Part shown: in pieces, positions 1-14,764 of the stretch | Layout of the letters: the number at the start of each line of letters is the position of its first letter | Numbering within the stretch: the stretch's first letter is position 1 | From: Octopus bimaculoides | Taxonomy: Eukaryota | Direction of reading: 5' to 3' | Assembly (NCBI RefSeq): GCF_001194135.2 | Contig: NC_068982.1 | Location: 129,234,105 to 129,298,104, forward strand | DNA length: 64,000 nucleotides | Translations under genes and position numbers: made by a program | The notes under the pieces: generated by a model | Databases searched by the model: none | Seen by the model: the letters and a program-made list of their open reading frames with translations, nothing else | What the model was told of the DNA's origin: nothing

Positions 1-2
1 AA

Positions 3-358
3 GGCTCGGATTTCCTTTTCAAACAAGGACAGAGGTTCACAATTAAAACTAGTTTCACTTGTGTCTCTGAGAACCTAATTTATGTAATAACCTGTTCGGG
101 TTGCGGACACAACCATATTGGACAGACGAGTATGACCTTGAGAAGGAGAACCACTCTACATAAAGAGCAAATCCGTTTGCCACAGTACAGGCAAATTCCT
201 CTCAGTGAACATATACAAAAATGTGCAGATAACATGAAACCAAATTTCACAGTCTTCCCCTTCTACCAGTGCAAAGACACAATCTCTCCACAACAACGTT
301 TAATTAAAGAAACTTTTTCATTGAAAAAAATAGAACACATCTTAATATGCACGCATAA
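3..358 (+). mobile_element. Penelope-like element, 3' end: GIY-YIG endonuclease domain (truncated by window edge, one frameshift)
   Basis: Frame from nt 3 reads GSDFLFKQGQRFTIKTSFTCVSENLIYVITCSGCGHNHIGQTSMTLRRRTTLHKEQ..., matching the Penelope EN pattern FTC-S-NLIY-ITC--C---YIGQT---LR-R---H (YIG is HIG here). Restoring one T in the T-run at 314-318 gives the expected terminus ETFFIEKNRTHLNMHA* (TAA 356-358). Confidence 0.85.
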
Positions 359-667
359 CCAACTTTTATCTTTTTACATATTTCAATTCACGATTACATC
401 ACTGTACATAAATCCCCTCACTAAACAAGTTTTTCGAAACCTTTTTTTTTTTGTGTGTGTACATATATATTCCCCTCCCCTTACCGAAAGCTGAACAGTT
501 ATCTCCCTTATCCACAGCAACAACAATAATAACGATAACCAATTACCTCCCCTTATTTTTCTACTTGTGAAGTCATTCACTCATAAATATCATCACACAC
601 AACATGGACAAAAATTTCTTCTTAAGAAAATACATATTCAAATAAATAAACCATAGTNNNNNNNNNN

Positions 668-707
<40 letters not shown>

Positions 708-3700
708 TTTATGTATGTGTGTGTGTATCACGTGAGAGAGAGAGAAAGGGAGAAAGAAATAAGTGCAAGTCTGTCAATACAACGCAACAGAGAGAGAGAA
801 AGAGATATACAGAATTAAATGTTTCAAGAAAAAGAAACAGGTTGTTATTGAGCATATATGTGATCATTGCAGAAAGCTTCTGCTGAAGGATCTATTTCAT
901 CTTGACTTAGGTTGTTACCTGACAGCATAGCGACGGATAACGACTAATATATATAAAAGCCAATATATATATGTATATATATTCTGAAACTCTGCATGGT
1001 TGAGGGTCTAGGACAATGTACTTTTTTTTCTCTGATTTTTGTCCTTTTCAACTCCTAAAGGGAAACTAAGACTTCTGTATATTCATAAACACCACACTGG
1101 TAAAATTTACTGATTAGCAAAGTAAGCCATTTAGAGTAATTAAGTGAATTAGTTCAATATTAGACATGAGAGAAAGTATGTTTTCTTAGACAACAGAAAA
1201 GTTTAAGTATAAAATTTTAGTCTCTCAACAATATGGTTTTGGGTTCAATCCCACTGTCTTCTATAATAATCTTGGGCACTGATCAAAGCCTTGTAAGTGG
1301 ATTTGATAGATGGAAACTGAAAGAAACCTGTCATATATATATATGTGTTTGTACTTTCTTGTCTTGAAATCATGTGAAGGTTTGTAAACAAGCCCCAACG
1401 TTTTACAAGTGTGATGTTTGTTTTCAATCTTTTGTAAAAACAAGTCCGGCTATGGTGAAACATTACCTTGTTTTGTATAGATAAGCTAACAAGAAGGTCA
1501 TCTGGCTGTAGAAAATCTGCCTTAACTAATTCCCTCTGATTCATGCAAGTATGGAGAAGTCGACATTAAAAAATCATGATAATGGTGTGTGTGTGTGTGT
1601 ATTTTTATGGAGATCAACTTGAACTCCTTACATGCAATAAATTTGAATGAACCGATAATTTTAGTTTAACTGTCAATTGCTAGTATCTTTTAAAAGCAAT
1701 TTATCCAAAATACAGCAAATTCATGTGACTGCATTTTGAATATTAACTAACCCAAGCAAGATCAAGTATGACTCCTAGTATTTAAATAAGTCAAATAGTT
1801 TATCAACATAATCCTATTTTTAATAAATGAGCAGCTTTAATGGTCCAAAATATTTTAATAACTTTCACCACCATTGTTTAACGTCCAGTTTTCTATGCCT
1901 GCATGGATCAGACAGAATTTGCTGAACCAAATTTTCTTCCTATGGCCAACCCCTCACCTATTTTCAAGCAAGTAAATTTCCCCTGTGGCTGGACATGTTT
2001 TCAAATCAGATTGGAAACAAAGGGCACAATTTGTATGACAGTAACACACATTTATGGCTCTTGTGCAATGTCAAAACACAACACACACACTATGGGTTGC
2101 TTTCAGTTTCTGTCTACCAATTACACTCATAAGGATTTGGCTAACAAAAGCTTACAGTACAGAAAATACTTGCCAAGGTGCCATGCCATGGATGGGATTG
2201 AACCAAAAACCATATGGTTGGGAAGAGAACTTCTTAATGACATCTTTTAAAATAACTTATTTTTAAGTAAAATTTAAAACACAACCTAAAGAAACAACAT
2301 TTAACAAAAGACAAACCTGTCAAGTATCTAACACTCACTGGTGATATATAACAACTCAGTCTTTTACACCTATTTCAGTACAAATATTAAGCTAGGTTAA
2401 AATTCTTGACTGCTTATCATAAGGTTGAGGAGAATATATATAAACTAGCATCATGATTTCATGCCAAAATGAAAAGAAGAATCCTGTAGGAATGTTTATC
2501 ATATTACGTTTTGGAAAGTAACTGAGCAGACAGAACTCAAAAGATATTGGATAGGAGCGCAATGGTACTGAATTGATAAAATTACATTTAGCTATTAAGT
2601 ATTACTACTGAACCAATTGGACCTAACTAAATTGATACAATGAAAGAGATAACATAAAATGTATAGTCTAATTCTCAAGGTACCATTCAATAATGGTTAT
2701 ATATATATACCAGCCTAGAACATGGACTTTAAATGAATGATTACACACACATACATATTTCAGTCATCAGACTGCAGCTATGTTCGAGCATATATTTCAT
2801 CTTTAAATTTGGTTTGCAGATTCTCAATGTGAACTTGAAACAGATTTTTTTTGTATTTAGTGAGGGTCATTATGCTAATAAACACACACACTGGCCCTGT
2901 TCACTTCTTTTATTACTTTCGGTCAATTAGTTAACATTTAACCAGTTAACTAATTGATCCATCAACTACATTTATCGAAGTCCTTTTCTTGCCATTTGCA
3001 ACCTCATCAATGGCATGCCTTCTCTACTCCAAGTCTGCTTCAGGTGTATCTACACACACACACACACACGTGAACTACCAGATTTCTATGAGTAGCTTAG
3101 GCAGAAAAATCATGATTTCTCAATGACCTTAGGTAAGATTTGAACAACATCAAACAACAAATTGGTGAACTTGTTTTTCAATATGCTTTTGGTTCTTGTT
3201 TTGAAAAGTATATTACTAGTTTATATTTCATCAATTGTCAGCAATTAAGTACCAATATCTAACTAGAGATGTATTAGATAGATTTGTTTAATCTACTGTT
3301 TCCACAGATTAACCCTAACTAATCTTATCAATAAATCAAACTTGGTATGTTAGCATTTCATAAAGTAAATTTAGTCCCCAAGGTTTATGTTAATGCACAC
3401 TATATAAATTCTACAATTTATAAACACAGATATTGCTGTGGGGTTCAGAAGCTTACTTCCTAAACACATAATTTTGGGGTCAGTCTCTGCATGGCACTTT
3501 GAGCAAGTGCCTACTACCAGGGTCCTGAGCAGAGCAAGGCTTTGTGAGTGGATATGGTAGACAGTAATGGAAAGAAACCTGTCATATATATACACATACA
3601 TACGTGTATGTGTGTGTGTGAGCCTAGTCATGGGGTTGATGACAGGAAAGTCATCTGGCAATAGAAAATCCACCTCAACAAATTCCATCTGATCCATGCA

Positions 3701-6700
3701 AGCATAGAAAAGTGAATGTTAAAACAATGANNNNNNNNNNNNNNNNNNNNNNNNNNNNNNNNNNNNNNNNNNNNNNNNNNNNNNNNNNNNNNNNNNNNNN
3801 NNNNNNNNNNNNNNNNNNNNNNNNNNNNNNNNNNNNNNNNNNNNNNNNNNNNNNNNNNNNNNNNNNNNNNNNNNNNNNNNNNNNNNNNNNNNNNNNNNNN
3901 NNNNNNNNNNNNNNNNNNNNNNNNNNNNNNNNNNNNNNNNNNNNNNNNNNNNNNNNNNNNNNNNNNNNNNNNNNNNNNNNNNNNNNNNNNNNNNNNNNNN
4001 NNNNNNNNNNNNNNNNNNNNNNNNNNNNNNNNNNNNNNNNNNNNNNNNNNNNNNNNNNNNNNNNNNNNNNNNNNNNNNNNNNNNNNNNNNNNNNNNNNNN
4101 NNNNNNNNNNNNNNNNNNNNNNNNNNNNNNNNNNNNNNNNNNNNNNNNNNNNNNNNNNNNNNNNNNNNNNNNNNNNNNNNNNNTATATATATATATATAT
4201 ATACACACACACAAATGCATGTACCTCCTTATCTTGACATCATGTGACATCTGTAAAATGAGTGTAACGCAGTGTCATTTGTTTCCTATCTTCCATAAAA
4301 AAAAATGTCCTGTCATGAAGGGAATATTACCTTGCATGGAAAAGTGAATGTTAGAAATGATAATGATGATGAAAGAGTATCAACTTCTTAGACAAAATAA
4401 ATACCATTAATAACTAATGACAAAAAATTAAAAAAAGAACAGAAGCTGTTCAAGAGTAACAAGTGAACATAAATTCTACAAAATACCCCTCAGTACATGT
4501 CTTAATGAAAACATCATTTATAGTGTATAAGTTATTCCCACTTTCTAAGATTCCTATTTGGAAAACTGCATCTGAGAATTTTCTGAGGTAAAAATAAGCA
4601 AAACTTATTTTTCATATAATTAAAGAAAAAAAAATTCACATGCAACTCAGTATGTGCTGTCCTAAATCAATGTTTGAGCAGTTGTGAATGTGCCTGACAG
4701 CTGAGCCAAAGGTCAAGCTACATTTAGTAAGAGCTAGCAACTTCCAGCCTCTCCCTTGCTTGGCACTAATTTGCTTCAATTCAATTTGTCATTCTCTTAT
4801 CAAGAAGCAAACATTAACAAGGCATTTTTCAACACTTTCTTTTATTTGTGCTTTTTCTGTATTTTTTTTTTTATCATCTTGCAAAAATTTAGGTTGAAAT
4901 TTTTTGATAAGAACCAAAATCACAATTACTATAGCATTTCTTTGAGAAAACAACTTCCCACTTTACATGTTCTCAATTAAATTAGCAATGTTCTCATTAG
5001 TATTGATGAGACAGCGAGAATTTAAACTGCCATATCCAGTCAAAATATTCTACCTGCTTCATATGTTCAAACTGGCCAGAGCCACCCTTTCACATCTACC
5101 CTACAATGTCATTCTAAAAAATAAGCAATCATATAATCAAAATCTCGAAGCCACAAGATAATGCATGATTAATTCAAATCCAAATGAATATAGAAGCCTT
5201 ACATTTGACAGAGTAATCTGAATGCTAAAGAATAATGTGACTATTTCTCTATTCTTTCACTTGTTTCAGTCATTTGACCGCGGCCATGAGGGAGTATCAC
5301 TTTTAGTTGAGCAAATTGACCCCAGAACTTATTCTTTGTAAATTTAGTACTTATTCTATTGGTCTTTTTAGCCGAACCGCTAAGTTACAGGGACATAAAC
5401 CCACCAGCATCGGTTGTCAAACACAGACACATAAACATTACTGTTCTCTCTTTCCCCTTTTCGTTTTATCTCTCTTTCTTTCTCTAATTCTTTTTTCTCC
5501 CCTTCACCGTTTTCTATCTGTTTCTCTCACTCTCCTTCTTCCTCCTTTACTCTCTCTCGTTGCTCACACGTGACCATCATTCATCTTTCTTTTCCTTCAG
5601 TTTGTCACACAGACCAGACACATTTTTATCTGTCTCCTCTCCTATCTTTTCTCTTGCCAAAGAATATTCCTCCAGTGTTCGTTACCTTACCTCGTCTGGC
5701 CTAACGGCCCTGCATCTTTGTTTTCATTTAGTTTGTTGTATGTCTCCACTGTTGTTTTTGTTACCAACTTTGACCCTCCGCAAATCCTAAATTTTATTTT
5801 GGTTTGCAGGAGCAACTGTTTTTTGAAGCCTCATTATGTTGTTAATTACTCAAAATGTGGAGAAGATGAACAGCTGACAACTGATGAAGGATCATTCTTT
5901 GTTACTTGTCTTGTTTTCCATTTGTTTCTCTCATCATTTGCATACCCAAGTTTGCCTTTGTATTTCATAATTCATGTTGTTTACGTTTTGTGACGTCTTG
6001 TATCCATATGTACATATATGTATGTATATATGCATGTATATATATTTTTTATGTTATTTATATATATATATATATATNNNNNNNNNNNNNNNNNNNNNNN
6101 NNNNNNNNNNNNNNNNNNNNNNNNNNNNNNNNNNNNNNNNNNNNNNNNNNNNNNNNNNNNNNNNNNNNNNNNNNNNNNNNNNNNNNNNNNNNNNNNNNNN
6201 NNNNNNNNNNNNNNNNNNNNNNNNNNNNNNNNNNNNNNNNNNNNNNNNNNNNNNNNNNNNNNNNNNNNNNNNNNNNNNNNNNNNNNNNNNNNNNNNNNNN
6301 NNNNNNNNNNNNNNNNNNNNNNNNNNNNNNNNNNNNNNNNNNNNNNNNNNNNNNNNNNNNNTATATTATGGGCTTTTTTTAGTTTCTGTCTACCAAAACC
6401 ACTCACATGGCTTTGGTCAGCCCGAGGCTATAGTAGAAGACACTTGCCCAAGGTGGCACTGAACCCAGAACCATGTGGTTGGTAAGCAAGCTACTTACTA
6501 CACAGCCACTCCTGCACCTATGTAGGATATTTTTTATCTTTTACTTGTTTCAATCATTAGATTGCGGCTATGTTGGGGTACTGGTACTGCTTTGGAGAAT
6601 CTTTAGTCAAATTAATTTAAAGCCATGTACTTATTCTATTGATCTGTTTTGCCAAATCACTAAGTTACAGGGACGTAAACACACCAACACTGATTGTCAG

Positions 6701-8710
6701 GTGGTGGTGGAGGACAAACCTAGACAAAGATACAAACACACAATGGACTTCTTTCAGTTTCCATCTACCAGATCTACTCACAAAGCTTTGGTCAGCTCAA
6801 GGCTATAGTAGAAGACACTTGCCCAAGGTGCCATACAGTGGGACTGAACCCAAACCCATGTTGTTGGGAAGCAAACTTCTTACCACACAACCACACCTGT
6901 GCCATGGCACAAAATAATTCCATGTATATTTAGTCTAAGTTGTTGAAAAGTTTTGTAATTAAGACATGTATGCCATGTATTTATTTCTATTAAGAGTAAC
7001 AGCAAAAAAACATGTATTCATAGTATTATTATTAATACAAAGAAATTCCTATAATTTTTGATCCATGTTATCACCATAATTTATCAGATTCAGTTAAGTT
7101 TATATAAGATGCTACTCCATGGTGTTAGGGTTTCACAAAGGCATTTCAGTTGTGATATTGAAACTAATCTATTTCTAGCTAAGTTGGAAAGGGTTTCAGA
7201 TTAGAATAAATGTATTCTACTACTTGAACAAAGTATTCTTTGTTGGCACTAAAAAATACCTTACAGCATTTGCTATCTCAAGTGTCAGGATGATATTCTA
7301 TACAAAATACCACCCCTGGCTCTTTTATACCTTTCCTATAACATCAATAGAATGTGTGTAATAAACTTCTCTAAGTTCTAGCTAACATCTGATGTTACTA
7401 GGCAGCTTGTGCTACTCTAAGATATTATTACAGCCAAATAACATTTCTTATATTTCTTACAGAATATTTATAGAGCTAATACACACACACACACACACAC
7501 ACACGCATGCATAGGTGAGGCTGTGTAGTTGAGAATATTGCTTACCAACTATATGGTCTCAGGTCCAACATCACTGCATGGCACCTTCTACTATAGCCCT
7601 GGGCTGACCAAAACCTTCTGAGTGGGTTTGGTAGATGAGAACTGGATTTATCTGTTGTGTGTGTGTGCCCTTGTCTTATAATGGTTGTAAAACAATCATA
7701 CAAGTGATGTTATTCATTTCCAGTCTTCTGCGAAAAGCTTGTATGGCCATGGGAAAAATATTATCTTGCTTGGAAACAGGTGAGGTTTGGCAACAAGAAG
7801 GGCATCCAACTGAAGAAAATCTGCCTCAACAAATTCCACGATTCATGCAAGCATGGAAATGTGGGAGTTAAAACAATAAGGAAATGGTATGTCTTCAAAC
7901 AAGCTGACAAAAAGAAACTATTATTTGTCTCTCAATTAATTTGATCATTTCAGTACATCACTACCATCAATTATCAACATTTAATGTCCATTTTCCATGC
8001 TGGCATGGCTTGACAGGAACTGATAAGGTCAGGGGTCACACCTGGTTCTATATTGTTTTGGTTTGGTTTCTACAGCAGGATTCCCTTCCTAATGCCAACC
8101 GTTTTACAGAGTGTACTTGGTGTTTTTTACATGGCACCATCACCAGTGATTTTTACATGGTATCAGCACCTACACCAATACTTTTTTATGTGGTATCTTG
8201 GTTTTAGGATCTCAATTCTGTTGTGGTGGGCAGGTTTTCTTGAGTACTTTTAGGATCTAATAATGTATTATGTTTGAAGAACGATGTCCAAAACCCTGTA
8301 GCAATTACTGTCTATTGTTTTAATTAACTTTCACATTTGTTATTCAGGTTTGCTGATATCTTTTATTAACCTGAATTAACTAAATCAAGAAAGATATAAT
8401 ATGTAAATAAGGGGAAAAATATATAAAAAATAAAAGAAACAAAGCAATAAATACTGACAAACATATTTTTAAAAAAGAAAAGTAGGCATTTAATTCTTCA
8501 ATAAATGCTTTTCAATAATGTAGCTTTCAAAAAAAATGTTTGTTCTGAACAATTTACTAAATCACTTTTACAAAAAGTATTAGAACTTTAAATTTCAGAA
8601 TAATTTTACTGTGCTTAGTTCTACTAGTTTGATAAATTAATACTGACGCAGAGCACAAATTCCAAAATGGGATATTGTAAATGACCAAACAAGATAGAAA
8701 ATAAGAACAT

Positions 8711-8716
8711 TTTATT
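8711..8716 (-). promoter_or_regulatory. Candidate polyadenylation signal of CUTA (AATAAA)
   Basis: TTTATT on + = AATAAA on -, about 75 nt past the CUTA stop codon. Confidence 0.5.
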
Positions 8717-8789
8717 TCAGTTAAGTCTCTTCAAATGTCTAAATGGTTTACACAAACTTCAACTTCAGAAGTAAATTACTCTATTAAAA

Positions 8790-9208
8790 TTACTTTTGTG
8801 GTACAATATCTGCAATCCATTTAAGATATGGAGCATTGCCTTTATCAATTGGTGTTGATATTACCTCTGCAACATCATATGGATGATTGCCACGAACAAA
8901 TTCAACAACATCATTGACCCGAGAAGTTCGGGTCTTTATCATCAATAATATTTCAGGGTCTTCATTTACTTCATTTTCCCATTCATACACAGAAATCACA
9001 CCAGGTATTATATTGACACAAGCTGCTAGCTTTTCTCTGACCAAACCCCCGGCAATATGTTTGGCTACATTAATATCAGGTACCGTTACAAATGCCATAG
9101 AGTAGACGCCGGATTGGTTGAAGTTCGTTTCACTACCCATGTTGGTTTGGTGCATAGGACCAGAAGACATAATTAATGGTGACAAGATACGGCTAAATCC
9201 AAATCGAG
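8790..9208 (-). CDS. CUTA: CutA (divalent cation tolerance / acetylcholinesterase-associated protein), main and terminal coding exon
   Basis: Translation YSMAFVTVPDINVAKHIAGGLVREKLAACVNIIPGVISVYEWENEVNEDPEILLMIKTRTSRVNDVVEFVRGNHPYDVAEVISTPIDKGNAPYLKWI is recognisably the CutA1 family. Acceptor tcttttttcAG|CTCGA at 9210-9209 (phase 1). First in-exon ATG at 9170 (MSSGP..., 126 aa). Stop TAA 8792-8790. The first ~34 aa of the track ORF (from 9311) are intronic. Confidence 0.92.
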
Positions 9209-10964
9209 CTGAAAAAAGATGATAAAAACAGTTATAATCAATGAAGCAAAATGGAATGGAATTTAAATAAAATAAATAAGTATTTTTTGTAACATTCAAT
9301 AACAGATGCAAACATTAGTTGAGTTAATATACAATCTTATATAAAATAAATAAAATATATTGTATTCACATCTCAGATATGAACAAAACAACGTGGGGAA
9401 AAGTTAGAAGGTGTAGAGAAATGAGAAAAATATTGATATACACTCTTTCATTGTACATTTATATGTATGAGAGGGAAGGAGAGAAAACAGAGTAAGTGTA
9501 AACATAAGAGAAAAAGAGAGAGAAGGAGAAAGAGTGATATTGTATGAAGGAGAAATTAGATACTAAAAACCATATAAACTCAAACTTTGGGTGGAGGAAA
9601 ATTTAGAAATCTTTAAATATTTTAAAATTTTTAATGTTTTCAGTAAACAATAAATTAAGGTTAGGTTGCTTAGTAACTGTTGTATTCAAAGTAAGCTCTG
9701 GGAAAATGTGTAATAGCAATGGATTTAGGATTAAATTGTTTTAATTAACAGCAGCCGTTCAATTTTTATAATTTGCAATCAAACTATAGTGAAAGTTAAG
9801 AGTTAATTCAGATTAATCAAGAAACTTTTTTTTTATATAATTAGCATTCTAGTTTATGATCAGATAAATTCTTGGTGGTGGTAGTATGTTCATTCTCAAG
9901 TACCCCATGCAGTTACCACATCAGAAATATGGCATCTGTCCCACGTATTGGTAAAAATCCAAACTTCATCCTATTTGTATCTCAACTCAGCCCTATATTA
10001 CAAGTTTTCCTCTCTCCCTACTCCACTTCTCCCCACCACCACCTATTGGGTCTATAAGCTTTTAGTGCTTTGTAACTTCATAACTTCAGTACATCCTCCC
10101 TACTTTTTAAGAATTTGAGTAGTGCAGAAGCAATCTCCAAGCAAGCTGAAACTATATAGCCTTGTTTTGATTCCCAACTCTAGCTACATTTCTTACCCTA
10201 TAAAATCTATTTGTTCTATCTCCAAGAAATTAAATAACAAAACTGTTATCAGAGATAAATGTTTCCTGTTTGATCTGATTATATTTTAAAGTGAGTATAA
10301 GTGCTACCTCAATTCACATAAAGGTTTTCAGCAACCATAGACTTTCATAATTGCCTCACTAATTAACAACAAATTTTTATAGCAAAGCTTGGCCTTGATT
10401 ACACATGTAATGTAAACTCCACCTTACATTTCATTTTCACATTTTGCTGAGTAACCTCTAAATGATTTGTCAGAAGACCTATTTTAATAAGTGGGCATCA
10501 TAGCAAACTTAAATCCAGTATAATACTCACTGTTGTCATGTATCATAGGCTTTTTTGCAGTGCATTGGTGACACCACAATGAAAGTCTTTCCAAGTATAA
10601 GCTCTCCCATTGGATAAAGCCAGAGCATTACTTTGTTCTGACTTTCTCATAGTGTTTTCTTAGCAAAGACATTAAGGTGGTTTTCTATTGTCTTCCCCAA
10701 ATGGATGACCATTGGCCCACAAGGAGCTCATCCATCCTTCATCAGGTCTTGTTTTTAGTCCTTCAAAGTGTCTAGACACCCTCCTCACAAGAATAGCAAG
10801 CTACTCAAGTGAGGGAGGTGTTCATTTGTTGACCACTTGACCATAGAACAGATAGTACCGGTTTACATGGTACCAGTAGTAGGTCTCACCAGTAAATTAC
10901 AAATTCTTTATAGCCAATAAAACAAGTGTAATACTAATGTACTTTTTTAAATGTGCACAATGTA

Positions 10965-10997
<33 letters not shown>

Positions 10998-11785
10998 CTC
11001 ATAATGGGTACATCATGTAACAGCATCCAGATTAACACCAGACTCTTTTACATACCCCTTTCTAAATGTGTTGCTTGCTTTGCACTTAGTCTCCAAAAAT
11101 AATTCTACATTACTTTCTTCAAATAACAGTACATAATTAGCTGATCAACAGTTTTAATCAGTTAACAATAGTTAATTAACAATATTCTTTTGTCATAGCC
11201 AGCCATATCCACCAGAGATACTGAACTAGCCAACTGGATAATTTTCAATGTGGATACTGAGGTCTTACACTACAAAAATGTTCTTTCTGAAATTATCAAT
11301 ATAAATTAGAGCATTGTTTGTATTTCAGTTAAATAGAGCAAACAAGGAAGAATTATCTTTGATAAACAGTACTATTGCTATTTTAGTCTATGTTTATATT
11401 AGTTTATTATACAATAAGTGTTGTGTTCCTCAAGTAACAGTACCTGAGACTTTATATTAATCCCCATATGTTCCAGAACCTAAGATATATTATTCTGTAA
11501 CCCAACCTTGACCATTTCTTCCTCGTTATCAAATCAATCCACTATATTCCATATTCATTTTCTAAAAAACCTATTTTTCTTTGCTACAATCTCAATAAAA
11601 AATAAACTATACTTCACCCACTGTATATAGTACATAGCTGCCTATCAACTAACATGACTACTACTTCTGTTACTCCCCTGTGAGATTTCTTGAAGAACAA
11701 TTTAGCATAAGAAAAAAAATAAAATTACTTTTTTTTTTGCATTAAACTTATTAAAGAAACACAAAGCAATTTGCTTCCTCATAAA

Positions 11786-11821
<36 letters not shown>

Positions 11822-14764
11822 AAACTAATAAAAATACACAACTACAAGTATATGAGAACAAGAGAGTTGAAGTTTCACTACCATAAATGTACAGTAAACT
11901 GGAAAGCTGGTAGTCCAGAACAACTGTTTTTCAGCTTCCCTTGGCAACACTGACAATAAATGCCAGCTATAAAGCAAAGTTCTTCTGAGAAGAAAAAAGA
12001 ATTTGAAATACAGATAAAGTAGCCAGCAGTAGATGATATTGGAAACTATGAGTGGGCGTTAACTTTACACATACAAAAGAACTTGGTTTTAAGTAACTAC
12101 GATGTAAATAAATACAAGACAAAAAGCAAATTATAAATTCTCTAATGCCAACAAAATAATATTCTAAGTCTAAGAAGGTGGCGGTGTAGCAGTTAGGGAA
12201 ACAAAGATTTATAACAATGTATACCAAGTATTAATTTCAGAGTATTGTAATGGATATAGAAGCTGTGAATTTTAGCATATTTACAGTTTCAACTATTTTA
12301 CAAGCAATTATCATCATCATCATCATTTTATTAGTTACTTTTCCATGCTTGCATGAGTTGGACAATTTATTGAGACAGATTTTCTACAACCAGATGTTCT
12401 TCTTGTAGCCATCTTCCACCTTTTTCCAAGCAAGCTGCTTGCATGGCAGTGACACACATTTACAACTAACATGTGCTGTCAAGATAAGAGAGACACAATT
12501 ATATACAAACAATGGGCTTCTTCCAGTTTCCATTGCTCAAATCCACCAAGCATTATTAGTAGAAGACCAAGATGCCATGCAGTGGGACTGAACCCAAAAC
12601 CATGTTGTTGGGAAGCAAACTTCTTAACCACATAGCCACACCTGCACAAACAAATTTCCAAAAAAGGCACAAACATTTTATTTACTAACTTTTTTTAAAT
12701 ATTTGTATTAGGACATATTAAAAATATAATCTTGATAATTATGCACATATATTTTGAGAGAGGAAGCACTTAATTAATTAAGAAAAGGGCTAATAGTCTA
12801 AAATTTTAAAACTGATAACAAAGAGACAAAAAGTTAGAGTTTTTATCAAAATGTTGCAGAGCAGAAGTTTAAACAATGATATAAAATATATCTAAAACAT
12901 GTTTTATCAACCTGAGAACAGAGAACTGAACAAAACATTCTTAAACCTGCCATTTAAATGAGCCAGGATGACCAGAAAAAAGATAAAAGTTGGGAATGTT
13001 AACACACAATCAAGTTATACTGTGTTTTTTGTTTTGCTTCAAACAAAATCAAAAACATAACAAAATGTTTGCATAACCCAACTTAAAGGAAAAGTGGATA
13101 AAAGCACATTTGCCACTCTTAAAATAGAATGATTATGATGTAGAAGCACAAACATTTCAGTTTAACTCCAATAGATTATAAAACACTAGATGGTGATGTT
13201 ATCTTAAAACACTGAAATCAGTTAAAGAGGGAATTTTTGAACATTTTAAAGAGAAGAAATACAAAGTTGTTCTTTATTAAAAGCAGAAGAGAGGCTGGGG
13301 AGAGAAATCTGCTTTCTAAACAATTAAAGCTAAGTATTGCTATTGCTGACATTATAAGAGCAAGAGGATGAAACTAAAATAGCTAAAACAATATAATAGT
13401 CAAGTTATTAAAGAACAGACGTGTAAGCACTTTAAATTTGTCAACCTTGGGACCTGACTATTGTTGAACTATGGAAAAAGGTTAGAAAACAGAAATTGAC
13501 CACTAAGCCCCTATGTAAACATTGTCTAGTCATCTTTTGCCTTTTCTTGTCTTGCAAGTTAAATGGCCACCTCACTAGAGCTGGTGGAACAAGAAAAGCA
13601 CCTAGTCAGTATACACTGCAAAGTGGTTGGCATTAGAAAGTGCAGCCAGTTACAGAAACCATACCAGAGCGGACAATGGAGCTCAATGCAGCCTTGTAGC
13701 TCACCAAATCCTGTCAAACCGTCCAAGAACAAAGCTTAAAGCAAGAAATAATTGTTTATTCATTGTCTGTTGTTTGATGCTAGCATGAATCAGAATGGGG
13801 ACTAATTTGAAGTATCATATGGTTGGATGCTTTTTATGTTGCCAACCATCACCTGTTTGTCAGGTAGGAGATTTTTATATTCCAGCAGTTTTCAAAGGCA
13901 CGGAGCAACCAGTTATAATTTTAGAATCAGCACCACTTGGGTTACACAGGAAACTGAAAAATCAACATACACACTTGTTGAGGTAGATTTTTCTATGGCT
14001 AGATGCCCTTCCTGTCACCAACCTTCACCTGTTTCTAAGCAAAATACTATTTCCTTATGGCTGGGCATGTTTTCACAAAAGATTGAAAACAAATGACACT
14101 GTGTGATGGTGATGCACATTCACATCTAATGAGCAATCAAAGAGAGGCAAAACACACAAGCATACAATGAGCTTCTTTCAGTTTCCATCTACCAAATCCA
14201 CTCACAAGGCTTTGGTTGGCAGATGCTATAGTAGAAGACACTTGCCCAAGGTACCAAGCAATGAAATGCAATCTGGAAATGTGGTTGGGAAACTAACAGC
14301 TTAACTATACAGCCATATATAAACACATATATGTATACACACACACACACACACACACCTGCACATATGACAGGCCTAATATAGTTTCAACCTACCAAAT
14401 TCATTTACAGGGGTGAACCCAAAACCACATGGTTGCAAAGCAAACTCCTTAACCTCACAGTCAAATCTGTACATATACATAATGTATTTTATATTTTATC
14501 CCTTTAAGTATGTTTAATTATATGAACAAATTTTTTTATATCAGATAGAAAAGATTGAAGNNNNNNNNNNNNNNNNNNNNNNNNNNNNNNNNNNNNNNNN
14601 NNNNNNNNNATAGCATTATGATGAAGAAAACTGTTGTAAAGAAAGTGTCATGTCACAATTGGTCAGAACTGAACTATGGCCATGAAGGGTGCCATCTTGA
14701 GGAGTTTAGTGAATCCTATCAACACCAGTAATTATTTTTTAAGTCTAGCATTCATTCCGTTGGT

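Noticed and set aside
2923-2957. 13-bp perfect stem-loop TCAATTAGTTAAC / GTTAACTAATTGA
   Set aside because: Short and very AT-rich, plausibly chance or MITE debris.
2946-3049. Exon-like - strand segment DTPEADLE*RRHAIDEVANGKKRTSINVVDGSIS* with an in-frame TAG (tempting as a TAG-to-TGG editing site)
   Set aside because: No recognisable homology, no partner exons, and the acceptor is only a (TG)n tract. An editing claim would be unsupported.
4640-4800. Short - strand frame ELKQISAKQGRGWKLLA... vaguely like a death-domain helix
   Set aside because: Bounded by a stop, no credible splice sites, similarity at chance level.
5560-6000. CTGATGA hammerhead-like core in a probable Penelope pseudo-LTR remnant
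   Set aside because: No GAAA partner or stems could be folded around it.
9209-9311. N-terminal ~34 aa of the 173-aa CUTA ORF in the track
   Set aside because: It starts at TTG, is AT-rich and lies upstream of a clear splice acceptor, so it is intron.
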